Notes: a model not told the origin generated them from the sequence alone. A stretch of 64,000 nt of DNA from Eledone cirrhosa (GCA_964016885.1 OZ024750.1:46872001-46936000); one strand, 5' to 3'; shown: positions 15,398 to 30,132, counted from the first letter of the stretch. Numbers and translations are program-made.

Positions 15398-16236
15398 TTT
15401 ATATGTATATATATATACACCTACACACGCACACACATATATATATATTTATTTATACATATATAGATCTCTCTCTATATATATATTCACTTATGTGTAT
15501 GTTTACAGATATATTTGTAAATATTCATATTATAGATTTATATACACACGCACATACACACTGACACACAGACATAACATACATATATATATATATATTT
15601 TTTTATTTATTTGAAAGTGGTTATCGATGTACAAATATCATCCATTTTATTTTTTCCTATATTTTTTTCTTCTATGGAATTGTTATTTCATTATATTGTT
15701 GGTACCATAATTGCTTTCTTCCGGATATCTTGAAGGAGGGATAATAGACTCAAACTTTGAGGTTTGCTTATATTTTTCTTTCTAATATATCTTCGTGCAT
15801 TTGATAGAGCAATCGTTAATATTTCCAACTTGTCATTCAAATTACAGTTTCTCCAATATATCTAAGTATATTCTGAATTACATTCGCTACGAGTGGGTGA
15901 GATCTACAGAAGATAGAAGTAAACTTATAGATCTGAAATTATGAAGGCTTCTCCATGCTTGTTGCTATTTGATATACTTATCTCATGTTATCTAAAATTT
16001 CCTCCTATTTTCTTCTGAGTGTAGTCGTTCTCTGATCATTCAACGGCACCAGTAATCCCATTTTGTCAACGCCTAAAGTAATGTGATGTTGGTTGTTATA
16101 TTAATGACTATGCTGTTGTCGAGGAAGAACAGTAACGAAGAATCTTCATAAAAGAAATTGTAAAGTGAATTTCTCAACCTAGTCTACACATTGCGGACCG
16201 GCACTAATTAAACTTATACCATGCAATATCTAATTG

Positions 16237-16440
16237 AGGCACAAGCCAAATATTTGTGAGGAAGGAATGATCGATATACATCGACCCCAGTAGTTCACTA
16301 CTGCTTTCTCTTTTCGACATCAGTAGGATGAAAGGCAACTTTGACTTAGGCAGAATGTGAACTCATCAATTGAAAATCAAGAATAAATACAGCAATGACA
16401 TTTTATCCAAAGACCCACTTATTCTGCCAATTCACAACTC
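16237..16440 (-). mobile_element. Old degenerate SINE
   Basis: Reverse-oriented family motifs (tcgacccc, ggatgaaaggcaa, ctgccaattcac). Confidence 0.55.
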
Positions 16441-16460
16441 TAGTGTTATTATTATTGAAC

Positions 16461-16661
16461 GTGCGGAGGATTGGCAGTATCAGTAGAGGTTCGACCGGCT
16501 TGCATTGTAGTATGTAGTTACAGCCCGTTGCGGACTGAGTTCAATTCTCGCTGTAGTTAAATTTGCCTTTCATAATTATGGGGTCGATAAATTAAGTACC
16601 AGTAATGAACTGGGATAATTGGTGGTGTTGTGCCAAAAGTAGAAACAATTATTATCATTAT
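16461..16661 (+). mobile_element. tRNA-derived SINE
   Basis: A box (tggcagtatcagt), B box (gagttcaattc), ggggtcgataaattaagtaccagt core, (ATT)n-like tail. Confidence 0.85.
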
Positions 16662-16979
16662 CCAAACACTGTTATAATTAAATACTGGTACATTTACATA
16701 CGATTGTTTCATTTACGAGCTGCCACCTATCAGCAACTTTCTAGTAGAGAGCACGGCTCTCTCCAATTTTAGATTCCACTTTAATTGGAACTTGGAGACT
16801 TGGAGAAACAAAGCTGTGACCTCAACAATTTCATATCCATCAAGCGTACTATCACTTTCATTTTATTAAAACCTTTTTAACGGTGTTTGCCATCTATGCC
16901 ATATATCATTTCACTTATTTCAGTCATACTTACTATTTAGACTTGTTAACTCATGAAAGGTGAAATAAAGATCATTATA

Positions 16980-17074
16980 ATAATTATTGTTTCTACTAGA
17001 TTAGCAATTATCCCAGTGCATTACTGGTACTTTATGTTATCGACCCTGTAAAGATGAAACTTAACCTCGACGGT
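16980..17074 (-). mobile_element. 5'-truncated SINE
   Basis: Reverse complement of the family 3' half. Confidence 0.7.
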
Positions 17075-17093
17075 TATATATTATTTATATCTA

Positions 17094-17283
17094 GGGCGGT
17101 GGATTGGCAGTATGGGTAGAGGGTCGGATACCATGCTTTGCAGCAAAGAGTTACGCCCATTTATAGTCTGACTTCAAATCCCGCCGAGGTTAACTTTGCC
17201 TTTCATCCTTACGGGGTCGATAAAATAACGTACCAGTAATGCACTGGGTATGTGCTGGCCTTGTGCCATAAGTAGAAACAATT
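17094..17283 (+). mobile_element. Full-length tRNA-derived SINE with TSD
   Basis: Family consensus; direct repeat attatttatatcta on both sides. Confidence 0.9.
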
Positions 17284-17770
17284 ATTTATATCTACTACTT
17301 GTATTTTTGCACCAAGCCTTGTTTTAAATATCAGACAAATTTTCTATATTTCTTCATAAACTCATCGTTCATGGATGCGTGTACTCTATCACTTTGATTG
17401 ATTTCTAAGTATTTATAAGTCAGTGTCTATTGTAATTCTCTTATCTGTGTTTCTTTATCTAGGAAGATATTGCTGTTCTTAATTAATTTTGCTTTCTTCA
17501 CGGTTGCCTAGGCTCATTTTTCTAAGCCGAATTTCATATCAATCTCTACATTAAATTTGTATATTGTCTACAGCAGACATACTACATATACATTATCAGA
17601 AGCAGCGTATAACGTAGCTTCGTTCATATACAAAAAATAGTTGACTTTGAATGCGGCGAATCGTTTCAATGTTCTCCGGACTTAGTTCAAAATCAACCCG
17701 AGTTCAACATTGATTTTCACCATTCGAAGTCGTCAGCGAATGTAACATCACAGTACCTGGTCATGTATAC

Positions 17771-17841
<71 letters not shown>

Positions 17842-17901
17842 AAAAAAGGAAAGTAATGACTTCACTTGTAGTTCTAAACAATTTGATTTAATTTTATAAT
17901 G

Positions 17902-18022
<121 letters not shown>

Positions 18023-18109
18023 GCAGCAGCAACAAATACGGAAAAAGTACCAACAGCATCAGCAACGGCAACGGCAACAGCAACAACAACAACGGTACCA
18101 ACTGTAGCA

Positions 18110-18460
18110 GAGATGACGAGAATTCAAACCAGGCAGGTGCCGCCCTAGCGAACATTTCCTTCACGAGGTTTAACAAAAATGCAGAATGTATCCACATCAA
18201 TGCCAAGGAGATGAGGAAGGCTAAGATTTTGGTGAAGGCGAGTGTCCACATGTTCAGCCTAGCCCATCCTCCTTACGTCATGAAAACCAGACCTCTGCAT
18301 AATGTCTCGTATCGTACAATTGGTAACAAAACGCACTAGGTTGATCGGGCGACAGACTCTCCAGTCTAAAGAGCTATGGGAGATGTCTGGGCACAAAGAT
18401 TATACATAGACCGGGGAACAAAATATGGCCCCGTGGATGTTCTCTTCGCAAAACTCGAAG
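18110..18460 (+). mobile_element. Possible degenerate DIRS/Ngaro-type RNase H region
   Basis: DENSNQAGAAL...HINAKEM resembles the DAS--GWGA...HIN-LE motif of DIRS RNase H. Followed by stops and frameshifts, within a more GC-rich block that runs to about 19170. Confidence 0.35.
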
Positions 18461-19460
18461 AAGCCAGAGCACATCCGAGTACGCCACACACAAGTGAAGA
18501 GATCACTATTATGCGGAGGTACCATGTACGAAAGTTGTGAGGTTCCAAGTGACACATCTTCCGCTCTCAGTAGAGACCGCTTGCTTAGTGGCAGCCGTCC
18601 TCGCTGACGTCGAAGGGACCACCACCATCTTAGATTTCATATGAATAATGCAAGACATCTCGTCAGGATCGGGGATGGAGATGATGATCCAATTCATCCA
18701 TGAGTATATGAGGCCATATCCGATGTGATCCACCTGGACAATGGGAGCCACCTACCTGTGACCATCGAGGCTAGAAGGCAATGATGCCACGAGGGTGGAG
18801 ATGAAACACACCTAATAATCTTCTGCCCCAAACCAACCAACGCGGAAACGAGCCCCCCTCTACTCCTAACGCCATGTCCTACCACTAGTGTGGCCCAACC
18901 AACAGAGGCAAAGCTAACGTCACAGCCTCCAGCAACAATGACATCGTCGGCGCGAGAAAAAGAAAAGAATGAGCTCCTACTCAACGTCCTCAAATAAGAG
19001 GGCGAAACAAGTACACAAAAAAGTGAAGACATCAACGCACCACCACCATCATCATCAACAGCTCCAGTACAACAACCACTAATATCATATTGTTTCACCC
19101 CTTTCATCTGATAAACTGATCCTCCGATACTGCTACACCAATCTTCCAACCTTTGTTCGTATTCGTATCCAACACAATGATATCAGGCTTTCATTGATGA
19201 TTAACTCTATCCCACCTGATTTTTTTTTATTTTACTTAACAACCACCATTTCTGGTTTATGTTGGTACCACGTTTAAAAGGAAGAAGAAGAACTGTGAAC
19301 ATACCATTGAAGAGCTGATCATAACAATTCACAAACCGTCTTCCATTTCTTCATTAAAAACTACATTAGTAGTACTCTTTTCAAAATTATAGCTGCTTAC
19401 GAGAATGCAGTCTGTTTCAGCAACACGGTTCTAATTTCAAAAGCATTATTTGAAATACAA

Positions 19461-19652
19461 GGGCGGTGGATTGGCAGTATCGGTAGAGAGTCGGAAGCCA
19501 TGCTTTGCTGCAGAGAGTTACGGCCCTCTATGGTCCGAGTTCAAATCCCGTCGATGTTAACTTTGCCTTTCATCCTTACGGGCTCAATAAAATAATGTAC
19601 CAGGTAATTGCACTGGGTAATTGCTGGCCTTGTGCCAAAAGTGGAAACAATT
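19461..19652 (+). mobile_element. Full-length tRNA-derived SINE with TSD
   Basis: 16-bp direct repeat attatttgaaatacaa at 19445-19460 and 19650-19665. Confidence 0.92.
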
Positions 19653-20706
19653 ATTTGAAATACAATTTTGCAACACCTCTGTCATGATACGAAAGTCCCC
19701 AACAAATGTCCCTCCCTATTCAATACACAAACTCACTTTATTTCAGGTTTCGGTGTTTGATATTTTCGTCTTTTTTCTAATTTTCTGCCACCTCATCATC
19801 TCCAGATACCAATATATCAAGAGCTAATATCTTCTTTCTATGTTTGCCAATATCTGATGAGGTATTTTTACTCTGATATTCTTATCACATTATATGTGAC
19901 ATACTTTTAACACTTAACATATTAACACGGTCTTAGGCTTGTACAAATTCATTCTTGTCATCTCTTCAGCTCAAACTTTCCACCCATTTCTCATAGCAGT
20001 AATCGCACACTTTTATCGTGTCAAATTATTATCATCTTTGGAGTTGACGTGACTATCATGTTCGAAAATAATAGTAAATTATTTAATCCAGTTATACACC
20101 TAATCGGTGAAACGTTATACCGTCTCTTAAAAAGGACACCTATATACATTTGTAACAGCACACAGGTTTGCTGGGGTTAAAATCCCAGAGTGTCCCATCG
20201 ATTTGAAGGAAATAATGGAATCAAGAAATATCAGTCATCTCAACAAAACAAAGCAAAACCACATGTTAATGTTTACAAGTATTTTGATGCTATTTGAATA
20301 AATTTGCATCTAATTTTACGCTCGTGTCCCTCTCATTTATTTGCTCGAATAAACATTGCATTATCTAAAGACTAAATATTTAGTCATTGGAGTCATACAA
20401 GAGACAAATAAAAGATTTAAAAGATTGAATAAAGAACACATGACTAGAATACGATCACACAATGATGTATGCATGCGTGTGTATGAATGTATGTATACAC
20501 GTACGTATGTATGCTTGTGTGTATGTGTGTGTGTACAAATATATAAATATGCGGTGATTTCCTCTTTCTGCTGTGGTGAGACGGAAGAACCCACTAATAA
20601 TGTAAGTACTCGATACATGGGGAGATGTAGAGTGAATATAGAGATATGTGTATATATCCATATATATATATATATAAATGTACGTATACATATATTTATA
20701 TATATT

Positions 20707-20737
<31 letters not shown>

Positions 20738-20738
<1 letters not shown>

Positions 20739-20940
20739 CGTTATTCCGGGTTGAATCGGAGGTAACCACAGTAACTAAGGTACTCAATACATAGCAGAGT
20801 ATAAAAGTTTTAATATAGATGAGATTCTACAGGACTAGAAATCATCAGAAATCATCAGAAATCACCAATAATCTGATTCCTGATGATTTCTAAAGAAAGA
20901 GACAGTTCTAGTCCTGTAGAATCTCATCTATATTAAAACT
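20738..20940. mobile_element. Fold-back PLE end, family B, with decayed HHR (20876-20924, GAAA to GAGA)
   Basis: Inverted arms taatatagatgagattctacaggactagaa / ttctagtcctgtagaatctcatctatatta. Confidence 0.75.
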
Positions 20941-20945
20941 ATATA

Positions 20946-20997
<52 letters not shown>

Positions 20998-21100
20998 TAT
21001 ATAAAAATGTATATATACATATATACATATATTCATATATATTTACATATATATATATATTTATATATATTTAAATATATATATTTATATATATATATGT

Positions 21101-21177
<77 letters not shown>

Positions 21178-21353
21178 CGAGTGTTAGTGTATATGTGTGT
21201 ATGTGTACATACACACATATACGTGAACGCGTGTCTCCACATACGAAAATATGTGTTGTTGACGTTTCCTTTGTCTCGTTACAAAATGATTTGTTACATT
21301 TACACAAATCAATATGCGTATCTACCCCCGCCCCCACCGACCACGACCACCAC

Positions 21354-21370
21354 ACTACTACTACTACTAT

Positions 21371-21447
<77 letters not shown>
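21354..21447. repeat. (ACT)n microsatellite
   Basis: Directly visible. Confidence 0.95.
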
Positions 21448-21697
21448 TTAATGGTGATGGTATTTTGATATTGTAGTAGTTTTATCCACAATATGTGTGA
21501 TCTCTTTCGCATTCCTCGGCAACAGCAGTTATAATGCAGGCCTGATGTAGTATTGTAGTAATTCTGAATGATTTGACATATTGCAAAGCTCTTTTAAGTC
21601 AAATTGAATAATGCCAGTATTACAATTAGAGGTAGCTTGGATTCAAAGCGCTGAACATTTAGATCCCATAGATTTTGAATTTTGTTATGCAGTAATA

Positions 21698-22091
21698 CGA
21701 GGGCAATCCCAAAAGTAAGGTTTCCTTCCGATATTGCAACTTCCAATATTGCAACTGTTCCGTTAAAATCCTGTGGATGGTGCATCACGAAACCTCAGGA
21801 ACCAAAATGCAAAGAAGCGCCGATCTTTACGCATGTTTTCCTCGGAAGGAGACCTTACTTTTGGAATTGGCCTGTATATAATAACTGCGCGAAATTCGCA
21901 CTTGGCGGTATCGTTCAACGGTAGCTCCATTCTCAACGGCTGCCAAGCCAAGATTGAGCATCCCAGCGAAGCGCGCGCATGCTTGTTTGGAGTGAAGGAA
22001 GCACCAATCACAACAGTGATGTGCACAGCCGTACGAACAGTTTCTCTGCGTCCCCATCGCTTTGGAGACCTTACTTTGGGGGTTATCCTCG
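21698..22091. mobile_element. Non-autonomous mariner-type element (MITE) with TA target duplication
   Basis: Left terminal inverted repeat (TIR) TA|CGAGGGCAATCCCAAAAGTAAGGTTTCC and right TIR GGAGACCTTACTTTGGGGGTTATCCTCG|TA. An extra right-type TIR lies at 21848-21876. Confidence 0.8.
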
Positions 22092-22499
22092 TATAATTTG
22101 AATAACATCCTGATCTTAAAATATATTAGCTGTTAATTCATCTTCGTCTATTCTTGGGATTCGAAAGAAACCTTGCTCTTTCGAAGATAAAGCTGAAAAA
22201 ATTAGGTTCGAATAAGATTTCTGTTTCCTTGTATATTGACGCCTCCTTGGTATGAAAGAATAATGGTAGACAGGAATCTTATCACAATTCCTCTAACGAA
22301 AATATACGTTCTTCTGTGCCATGTATGACCACCATCTGATGACATTATGCAGTAAAAGAAATTAACTTAGATGGATGACTAACCTCATATAAAACGAGGC
22401 GTCTGCGAAAATTTGTCACTTTATCTAGCATAAAGATGACAAAGAGTATGTATAACGCAGAATAAACCACCCATCAAATAACATTGAATGCTGGAGTGG

Positions 22500-23122
22500 T
22501 AGGGGACATAGTTCTGGAATCCCACATAAACGTCACTTAATGTAATGCCTTTGTACAGAAGTTTCGTAATCTAAGTCAATAGTTGGCTCCAGGTGTCTAT
22601 ATTGTCGAGGTGAAAGATAGCGAAACAGAGTTGCTTCGTCGCCAAATATCAACTCATACAAGTCTTCTCTCACAAGTATTTGATCCCTCCTAATGAGGCT
22701 CGGGAAGACGACTTCTTTTCTAGCCCAGTGAATATACCATCTGTACATATATATTACAAGTTAGTATTACATTTGGCTACTGGTGACATCAAGAGATCCG
22801 TGTTGATAAAATGCCTTCTTGGATAGAAATAAGGTAACCTACGAACTGGAGTGGAGACTCATCTGACCGGGGCTTATCTCCCTTTCATCTGGTGTTACGA
22901 CTGAGAGTTTAAAACTCCCACTTCATTCAGTCATCTTTTGCGTCATGCAAGCTGAAGGTACTCGTTTTCTAAACATTTTACACACCAAATTCATAACTGT
23001 GTAGCATCAATAGTCTCTGTTCTGGACAGGTTGTCAGAACCGAAACTTGTATTTAATCAGATATCCTGATCTCTGAGACTGACAGAAAGTAGTATCCAGC
23101 TAACATACGTTCCCACCCTGTA
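22500..23122 (-). mobile_element. Degenerate Tc1/mariner transposase remnant
   Basis: LIFGDEATLF resembles the first catalytic motif (IFSDEATF). A TACAGGGTG terminus lies on the minus strand at about 23122. Confidence 0.4.
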
Positions 23123-23655
23123 TAGAGTGCACCGAATATATAGAAAGTACAAGAATTAATACAAATACTACAATAAGCGTTAGCCTCAATATGCAGTCAT
23201 TCGCAGAGATTCATAAAACTTGAAGGCAATTTAGCATTAGAATATGTTAACAAACACAACTGGTAACACATAATTTCCTGGAGATATGTCTGTCAGCTGT
23301 AATTCCATGTATTTTACACCAACAATTTCACTTCATTATCTAAATTGTTTGGATTTGTAGTGCCGTCAGTAAGAAGGTATATCGAGAAAAACAATGATTA
23401 TTACGCAACGATTTTTCAGTTTGCGGAGAGATTAAAAAATATAACTGCATAGATTGCAGATTGTTAATATAGCTATGCATATACTAAACTCAAATAAGCG
23501 ATAAAACAAGCAACCGACTAATAACAACAGTAATAATAACAATAATAACATTTCACCACAAATAAAGACACTGATTTTACAAATGTTTTTTTATTTTTGT
23601 TTGGACTCTGATGGAGTATTGACGTAAGAGGTCACAACAACAGTGGAGGACGAAA

Positions 23656-23846
23656 TAATTGTTTCTACTTTTGGCACGAAGCCAGCAATTACCCAGTGCA
23701 TTACTGGTACTTTATTTTATCGACCCACTTAAGGATGAACGGCAGAGTTAACCTCAGCGGAATTTCAACTTAGACGGTAAAGGGACGTAACTACGCTGGA
23801 AAGCATGGCGTCCGACTCTCTACCGATACTACTAATCCACCGCCTT
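23656..23846 (-). mobile_element. Full-length tRNA-derived SINE with TSD
   Basis: Flanking cagtggaggacgaaataat / cagtggaaaacgaaataat. Confidence 0.9.
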
Positions 23847-23923
23847 TCACCAGTGGAAAACGAAATAATGAACATTTAATGCTGAAACATGAATATAGTG
23901 AGACATATACGTTTACAATATAA

Positions 23924-24212
<289 letters not shown>

Positions 24213-24213
24213 C

Positions 24214-24253
<40 letters not shown>

Positions 24254-24650
24254 TGTAAACGTATATGTCTCGCTATATGAATTGAGAAGGGCGAGGCTGT
24301 ATAGTTACATATAACGAGAGTTAGAAAGTAAAGGGGCACAAATAAGAGATGGATATTTTCCCTTCATCAATTGTCTACTACGGGTCACAGGTGTTTCAGC
24401 GTATTATAGACAATAATCTACCCGTAGTGCACCAATAGCTTTTATCTATCAAAAAGCTATGAGGGAAAGAAGCGATAGCGAAGAGAGGGAAATAAAGAAA
24501 AAAGAGAGAAAACAAATTCGAAAACATACCGATAGAAGGAGGAGACACGGGACAAAGGCACATGTAAGTAAGTAACCGAGAAGAGATAGGATGAAGTTTT
24601 AAAAAAGCCGACGGGAGGGAAACATATCTATTTGTAGTGAAAGCGGTCGC

Positions 24651-24704
<54 letters not shown>

Positions 24705-24752
24705 GAAAGGCAGAGGGGAAGATATATATATATACATATATATATACATACA

Positions 24753-24859
<107 letters not shown>

Positions 24860-24949
24860 TGCATATATATATATATACATATATATGTCCCAAGGCTCTG
24901 ATACCATCAACACTATAAACACAGAGCTGGCATATCTAAGAACTGACTA

Positions 24950-25005
24950 ACTGCCTGATGAGGTCATACCTATTCAATGGCTATCATCGAAATATAAAGA
25001 GCAGT
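24950..25005 (+). ncRNA. Decayed type I hammerhead motif, family J, in a short insert between (AT)n tracts
   Basis: ACUGC-CUGAUGA-imperfect stem II-GAAA-UAUAAAGA-GCAGU. Stem I is perfect; the cleavage-site U is absent. Confidence 0.55.
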
Positions 25006-25020
25006 ATGCTATACGTTTCG

Positions 25021-25133
<113 letters not shown>

Positions 25134-26225
25134 ACCATGATGAATATGTGATCCCCTAGATACACCGTAATTAGTGATAATATTTTGGTTTTCGCCAAAT
25201 GTGATCACCAATGCTCAGATACACTATGAGATAATAGAATGTAGGTGACACCCGATATATTGAAATAATAAAAATACACAATCATCCTTTGATGTACGAT
25301 ATAATCGAAATTCTTGTGAATGTACATCTTAGCCTGTCTTCCACTTTAGAACGTAATTAGGAGATGTAGATCTCTCATCAGTCGTTGTACTGCAAACTAA
25401 GAATTTTACTGTGGTCAGCAACACAATTTCTCTATCTCTATTTCCAATTTCATCTCTCATTCTATTTATCACTCTCATTCCATTTTTTTCTCTCTCTCTC
25501 TATCTCTCTCTCTATATATATATCTCTCTCTCACACCACTCTCTCTCTCTCGGTTGTTTTTCTTCTCTCTAATTCTCTACCTTTCCGTCTTTTAATACCT
25601 CACTTTATTTTCTTTCTCTCTTTTCCCTCCTCACACAACCATTTTTCTTCCGAACTCACTCGCTCCCGTAATTCACCTCATCCGTTCACATCAACCCTTT
25701 TTCCTTACATTAAAAATTGTACTAACGCTTACACTTCTATGAACGTTCGGATAAACTGGAAACTAGATGCATTTATGTCTAACTGGATATTTTATTCTTC
25801 CGAGTAAAACAATCTTGTATTGCACCTGAGCACTGTACACAATAATTTCATAAATATCATTATTAAGTGTTTAGTATGAAATCAAATTCTTCGTGACATG
25901 CATATTCGATAATACGAATCAAATGTACTCCACGGGACACAATATAACTAGACGAAGCAGAGGCTTTTCGCCAAAAGTGCACAATACATTTTTATACACA
26001 TTTGTAAATATTTGAGTCTAAGGACAACAATTTTGAAGAGAGTGCAAAACTGATAAAATCGACCCAGTATTTTACATGTACTTTATCGGTGAAATATAAA
26101 GTTACTCCCGGCATAATGTGAACTCAGAAAGTAAAGTGCTGGAACATATAGCGCAAGGTATTTTGTCCGACGCTCAAACGATTCTGTCTGTGGACTGAAA
26201 GTAAACGGAAGAAATTAATAATTAC

Positions 26226-26330
26226 CTTGTCAAATCCAATCTTGGAGAGTTCTAAGATATCGAGGTCAATATCAGTTCGTAAGCCTCGGTCATCATAGCG
26301 TATTCTCCCTGTCAAACCCTCAATGTTTAC
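26226..26330 (-). CDS. Internal coding exon of an ionotropic glutamate receptor (kainate-like), C-terminal end of the amino-terminal domain
   Basis: 105 bp, phase 0/0, flanked by tttcag acceptor and gtaatt donor on the minus strand. Translates to VNIEGLTGRIRYDDRGLRTDIDLDILELSKIGFDK, matching the kainate receptor EGLTGRI-F---GLRTDFDLD----GLEK segment. No neighbouring exons recognised in the window. Confidence 0.88.
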
Positions 26331-27266
26331 CTGAAATGAAACAAAATACAACTGTGAATTCAGGAGAATTGTTGAGGCAGGGGGACCTCCCGAGGACTAC
26401 TCACACAAGAAAATGTAATTGAAATAATTAATATATTAAAATCATATATTCGATGTAAAAGAAGAGCTGTCGTTTGCAATCGTGTTTAACTCGATAAGAA
26501 GTCCTACGATTTCAATAATGGCCTTATGTTAGTGCGTATAATGATTAGAAAAGGGGTGCCCGCAGCCTGTATGACGAACGGAGTGATGATATTTGGTGTT
26601 GCTTCTCAAAGCACCAGTGACATATAATTTAGAATAAACATACCCAGAGGACAACAAAAAAGCAGATACAAGACGCCTGGGTACTGGACAGAGATAGTTC
26701 CACCACCAAGTCCTCGTAACTATTCTGGATACACTCGTGGCACGATGGTGTGAATTTGACCGTTCCCTTGTACATAAATCAGGTCATTTACATATGTTTT
26801 AGCAGTAGGTATCAACTTAGAATGCGGTTGTAGTGGAGGTCAAGGCTGTATTGTCGCCACCTCTGTTAAATCTGAGGGTATAGTGGTGCTTGATATCAGT
26901 GACCAGTGTAGTGGTGATATAATTGATGATATAATATAACAGCCTTGTCAGTACGAAATAAAATGGACGTGAAGTAAGAATCAAGGTCGGCATATAGAAA
27001 TAATATATATTAAAATAAATTAAAATAAAATATTTAAAGATAGATGGCAATGAAATAAATAAGGAATAGATCGCAAGTGAAAAGGAAGAGTAACTGTTAC
27101 AAGAACAATAGCAGGAACTAAAATGAAATACAAATCGACGACACAAAAAATACCAAGATCAGACTCACGCTAACCCTAACTCTTCATATATATCACAAAA
27201 CTGATGGTCGTACAGAGATGCAAAATATGCTAAAAACATATATGTTTGTGCAAGGAGGGATATATG

Positions 27267-27306
<40 letters not shown>

Positions 27307-27311
27307 CGTGC

Positions 27312-27356
<45 letters not shown>

Positions 27357-27384
27357 AGTGTGTGTGTGTGAGTGTGTGTGTTTT

Positions 27385-27447
<63 letters not shown>

Positions 27448-27454
<7 letters not shown>

Positions 27455-29910
27455 ATACTTTGGGAGTGTCATGTTGCCAATATAAAGCACACGCACCAGT
27501 TGCTTCACTCCGATTTATTATAAATTATAAATTAAATTATACATTTAAACAAAATTATAAATTTCCGGTTGGATGGTTGGTTGGTTCCACAACCGGATGT
27601 TTGTTCATATATTATCAAAGTTCTTTCGTCACACATTCTGTGATCTCATCATTGGCCGGGGATTATTTTCTTTGTTTGATGCCTCTCCTGTGTTCTGTCC
27701 TAGCCCATCTTGTTTTTGTGTGTGTTGTGTGCTTAGTTTGCGCATGTGTTACGTCCGGGTGTCTGTGTGTGTTTTTATTTGTTTATTTATTTGTTTATTT
27801 ACATGTTACTAGTTGGTTGTTTGTTCTGTGTGTGTGTTTTTATTTCGCTATTCCATTGATGTTTTCTATTTAATTTTGGTTGAAGTTCATTTATGTTTAT
27901 TTCCTTTGTGATTTATCTAAACATTGCGTCTTTTCTGTGGGTAGATTTTATTTTATTTCTATGTTCTATAATTTACCCTTATGTTCTATTTTAGCATGTT
28001 GTTGGAGTACTGATGAGTATTTTCTATCTTGAAGCTCTCGTCAGTGTTCATTTAACCGTTCTCCTATGCTACGATCTATCTCACCTAAGTACATTATAAT
28101 ATTATCTTTACATTGTCCCTCAGTACATCTTATGCTATATACTATGCTTCTAGTTTTACAGTTTAATATGGGGGCTTAGTTTACAGATTATGCATTTCTT
28201 ATCTATACAGGGAGGTCAGTGTATGTATTACTAATAAGTGTTTTCATGGGGGTAGCTGGTCTTCCACTATCTTAATATTTAGTTTAAGTTTATCTAGGAC
28301 CCTTCTAAATGTGTAAGCTAGTTCACCTATAGGGGTTGTATTGATGAACATTACGCTTTGCTGGATTCTTTCTATGGTGCTTTTCTCTAATTCCTAACTG
28401 TTCTCTAGTGGGGGTGTTTTTACTACGATGTTTATATCATCAACATAGCAGGAGTACGTAATCAGGTTTAAGCGGTTGTTGTCTTCTAATTGTTCTTTAA
28501 GTTTATTGTCCCACAAAACCATGAATAGGTTAGCTATGTCACTGCAAAGCTGACGCCAATGGCTGCTCCCTCCTCTGGGGCATATGTTTTTCCATTAAAT
28601 TTGAACATATGTTCCTTAAGGCTTAGTTTATACTGGCCCCCATCGCATGTGCAATCATTTCTTTTAGTTAATTATGGCCTTCAGGGGTCCGTATGGCTCT
28701 TGTCCACCCGTTCCATCTGTCTGTGTGTGTTTTATTGGCCATTGAGGTGATGGTAGGTAGTCTGCCTCTTGCTGTCCTTGTGGGGCAGAGGTTGCTAATG
28801 CCATACGTATCTAGATAATCATTACTATAGGTAAATTTAAGTAGGAGTCACAGCTCACTGGTGTCAATCCAACGGAATTCAACATTGCTCTCACTGATCA
28901 TTTCCACGCATTTCTCCACAGCAAAATCCACGTCAATGGATGGGTATAGGGATACTACATCCATACTACCTATTCTACAGTCTGTTAGGTCCCTAGACAG
29001 GTTATTTTCGCTAATGCTGCTGAGGAGGTCCTCCGTTCTGTCACATATATCTGGGGACATTTCAATGATGGGGCGTACGATCAGTGAGAGGAAGTAGGAA
29101 AGTATGTAGTCGCTAGCACAATGTTAGCTCCACAGACTGGCCGTGCTGGTGCTCCTCTGACTGGGTCACTGTTTGTCTTATGATATTTTCGAAGCCCATA
29201 CAACTCTGGCACGTCATTGTTCCAGGCACAATGTTGAGGGACAATGTAAAGATAAGAATATAATGTACATAGGGGAGACAGCTCGTAGCATAGGAGAACA
29301 CTGGCGAGAGCTTCAAGATAGAAACGACACATCAGTACTCCACCAACATGCTAAAATAGAATATAAGGGCAAATTAGAGAACATAGAAATATAAGTAAAA
29401 TCTACACACAGAAAAGACACAATGGTTTGACAAATCACAGAGGCAATAAACATAAAGGAACTCTAACCAAAATTAAGTATAAAACATAAATGGAATAGCA
29501 ACATCACAACTTACAATTAAGGACAAAATGAAAACACACACCCATAGAACAAACAACCAACTAGTAACATGTAAATAAACAAATAAATAAACAAATAACA
29601 GATACCCAGATGTAACAGATGCGTAAACTAAGTACACAACACACACACAAACAAGATGGCGTAGGACAGAACAAAGGAGAGGCACAAAACAAAGAAAATA
29701 ATCCCCGGTCACTGATGTGGTCACATAATGTGTGACGAGTGAACTTTGACAATATATGAACAACCAACAGGTTGTGGAACCAACCAATCAACCAACCGGA
29801 AACGTATAATTTTTTTAAATTTATAATTTAATTTATAATAAATCGGAGTGAAAGAAACTGGTGCGTGTGTTTCTTATTGGCAACATGACTCTCCCAAAGT
29901 ATAACAATAT
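27448..29910 (-). mobile_element. Penelope-like retroelement, internally deleted, with ~670-bp inverted duplication of its 3' end
   Basis: Minus-strand reverse transcriptase (RT) motifs LYGLRKYHK, PARPV, SMDVVSLYPSI, GAAIG and YVDDI, plus GIY-YIG motif IVYSIRC...YLGE. 27448-28122 is inverted at 29236-29910. Confidence 0.9.
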
Positions 29911-30132
29911 CGGTTTCAACACACGTTTTAGAATAAATATTTTTGCTAAACAAAATTGTTCATTTCTCTCTCTCCGTATTTTTTCTTTTTTTTTCCGTCT
30001 TTTTCTAATTGTGCTTAACACTATGACCTATTAAAACAATATAAACACATCACTATCCAGACAGCCTCCAAAAGTAATGGTTGTATTTTAAAAGGGTACG
30101 TCAAAGCTATTTGTAAAACTGTTATATATTGT

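Noticed and set aside
19853-19882. CUGAUGA followed by a short hairpin
   Set aside because: No downstream GAAA or stem III; not a hammerhead.
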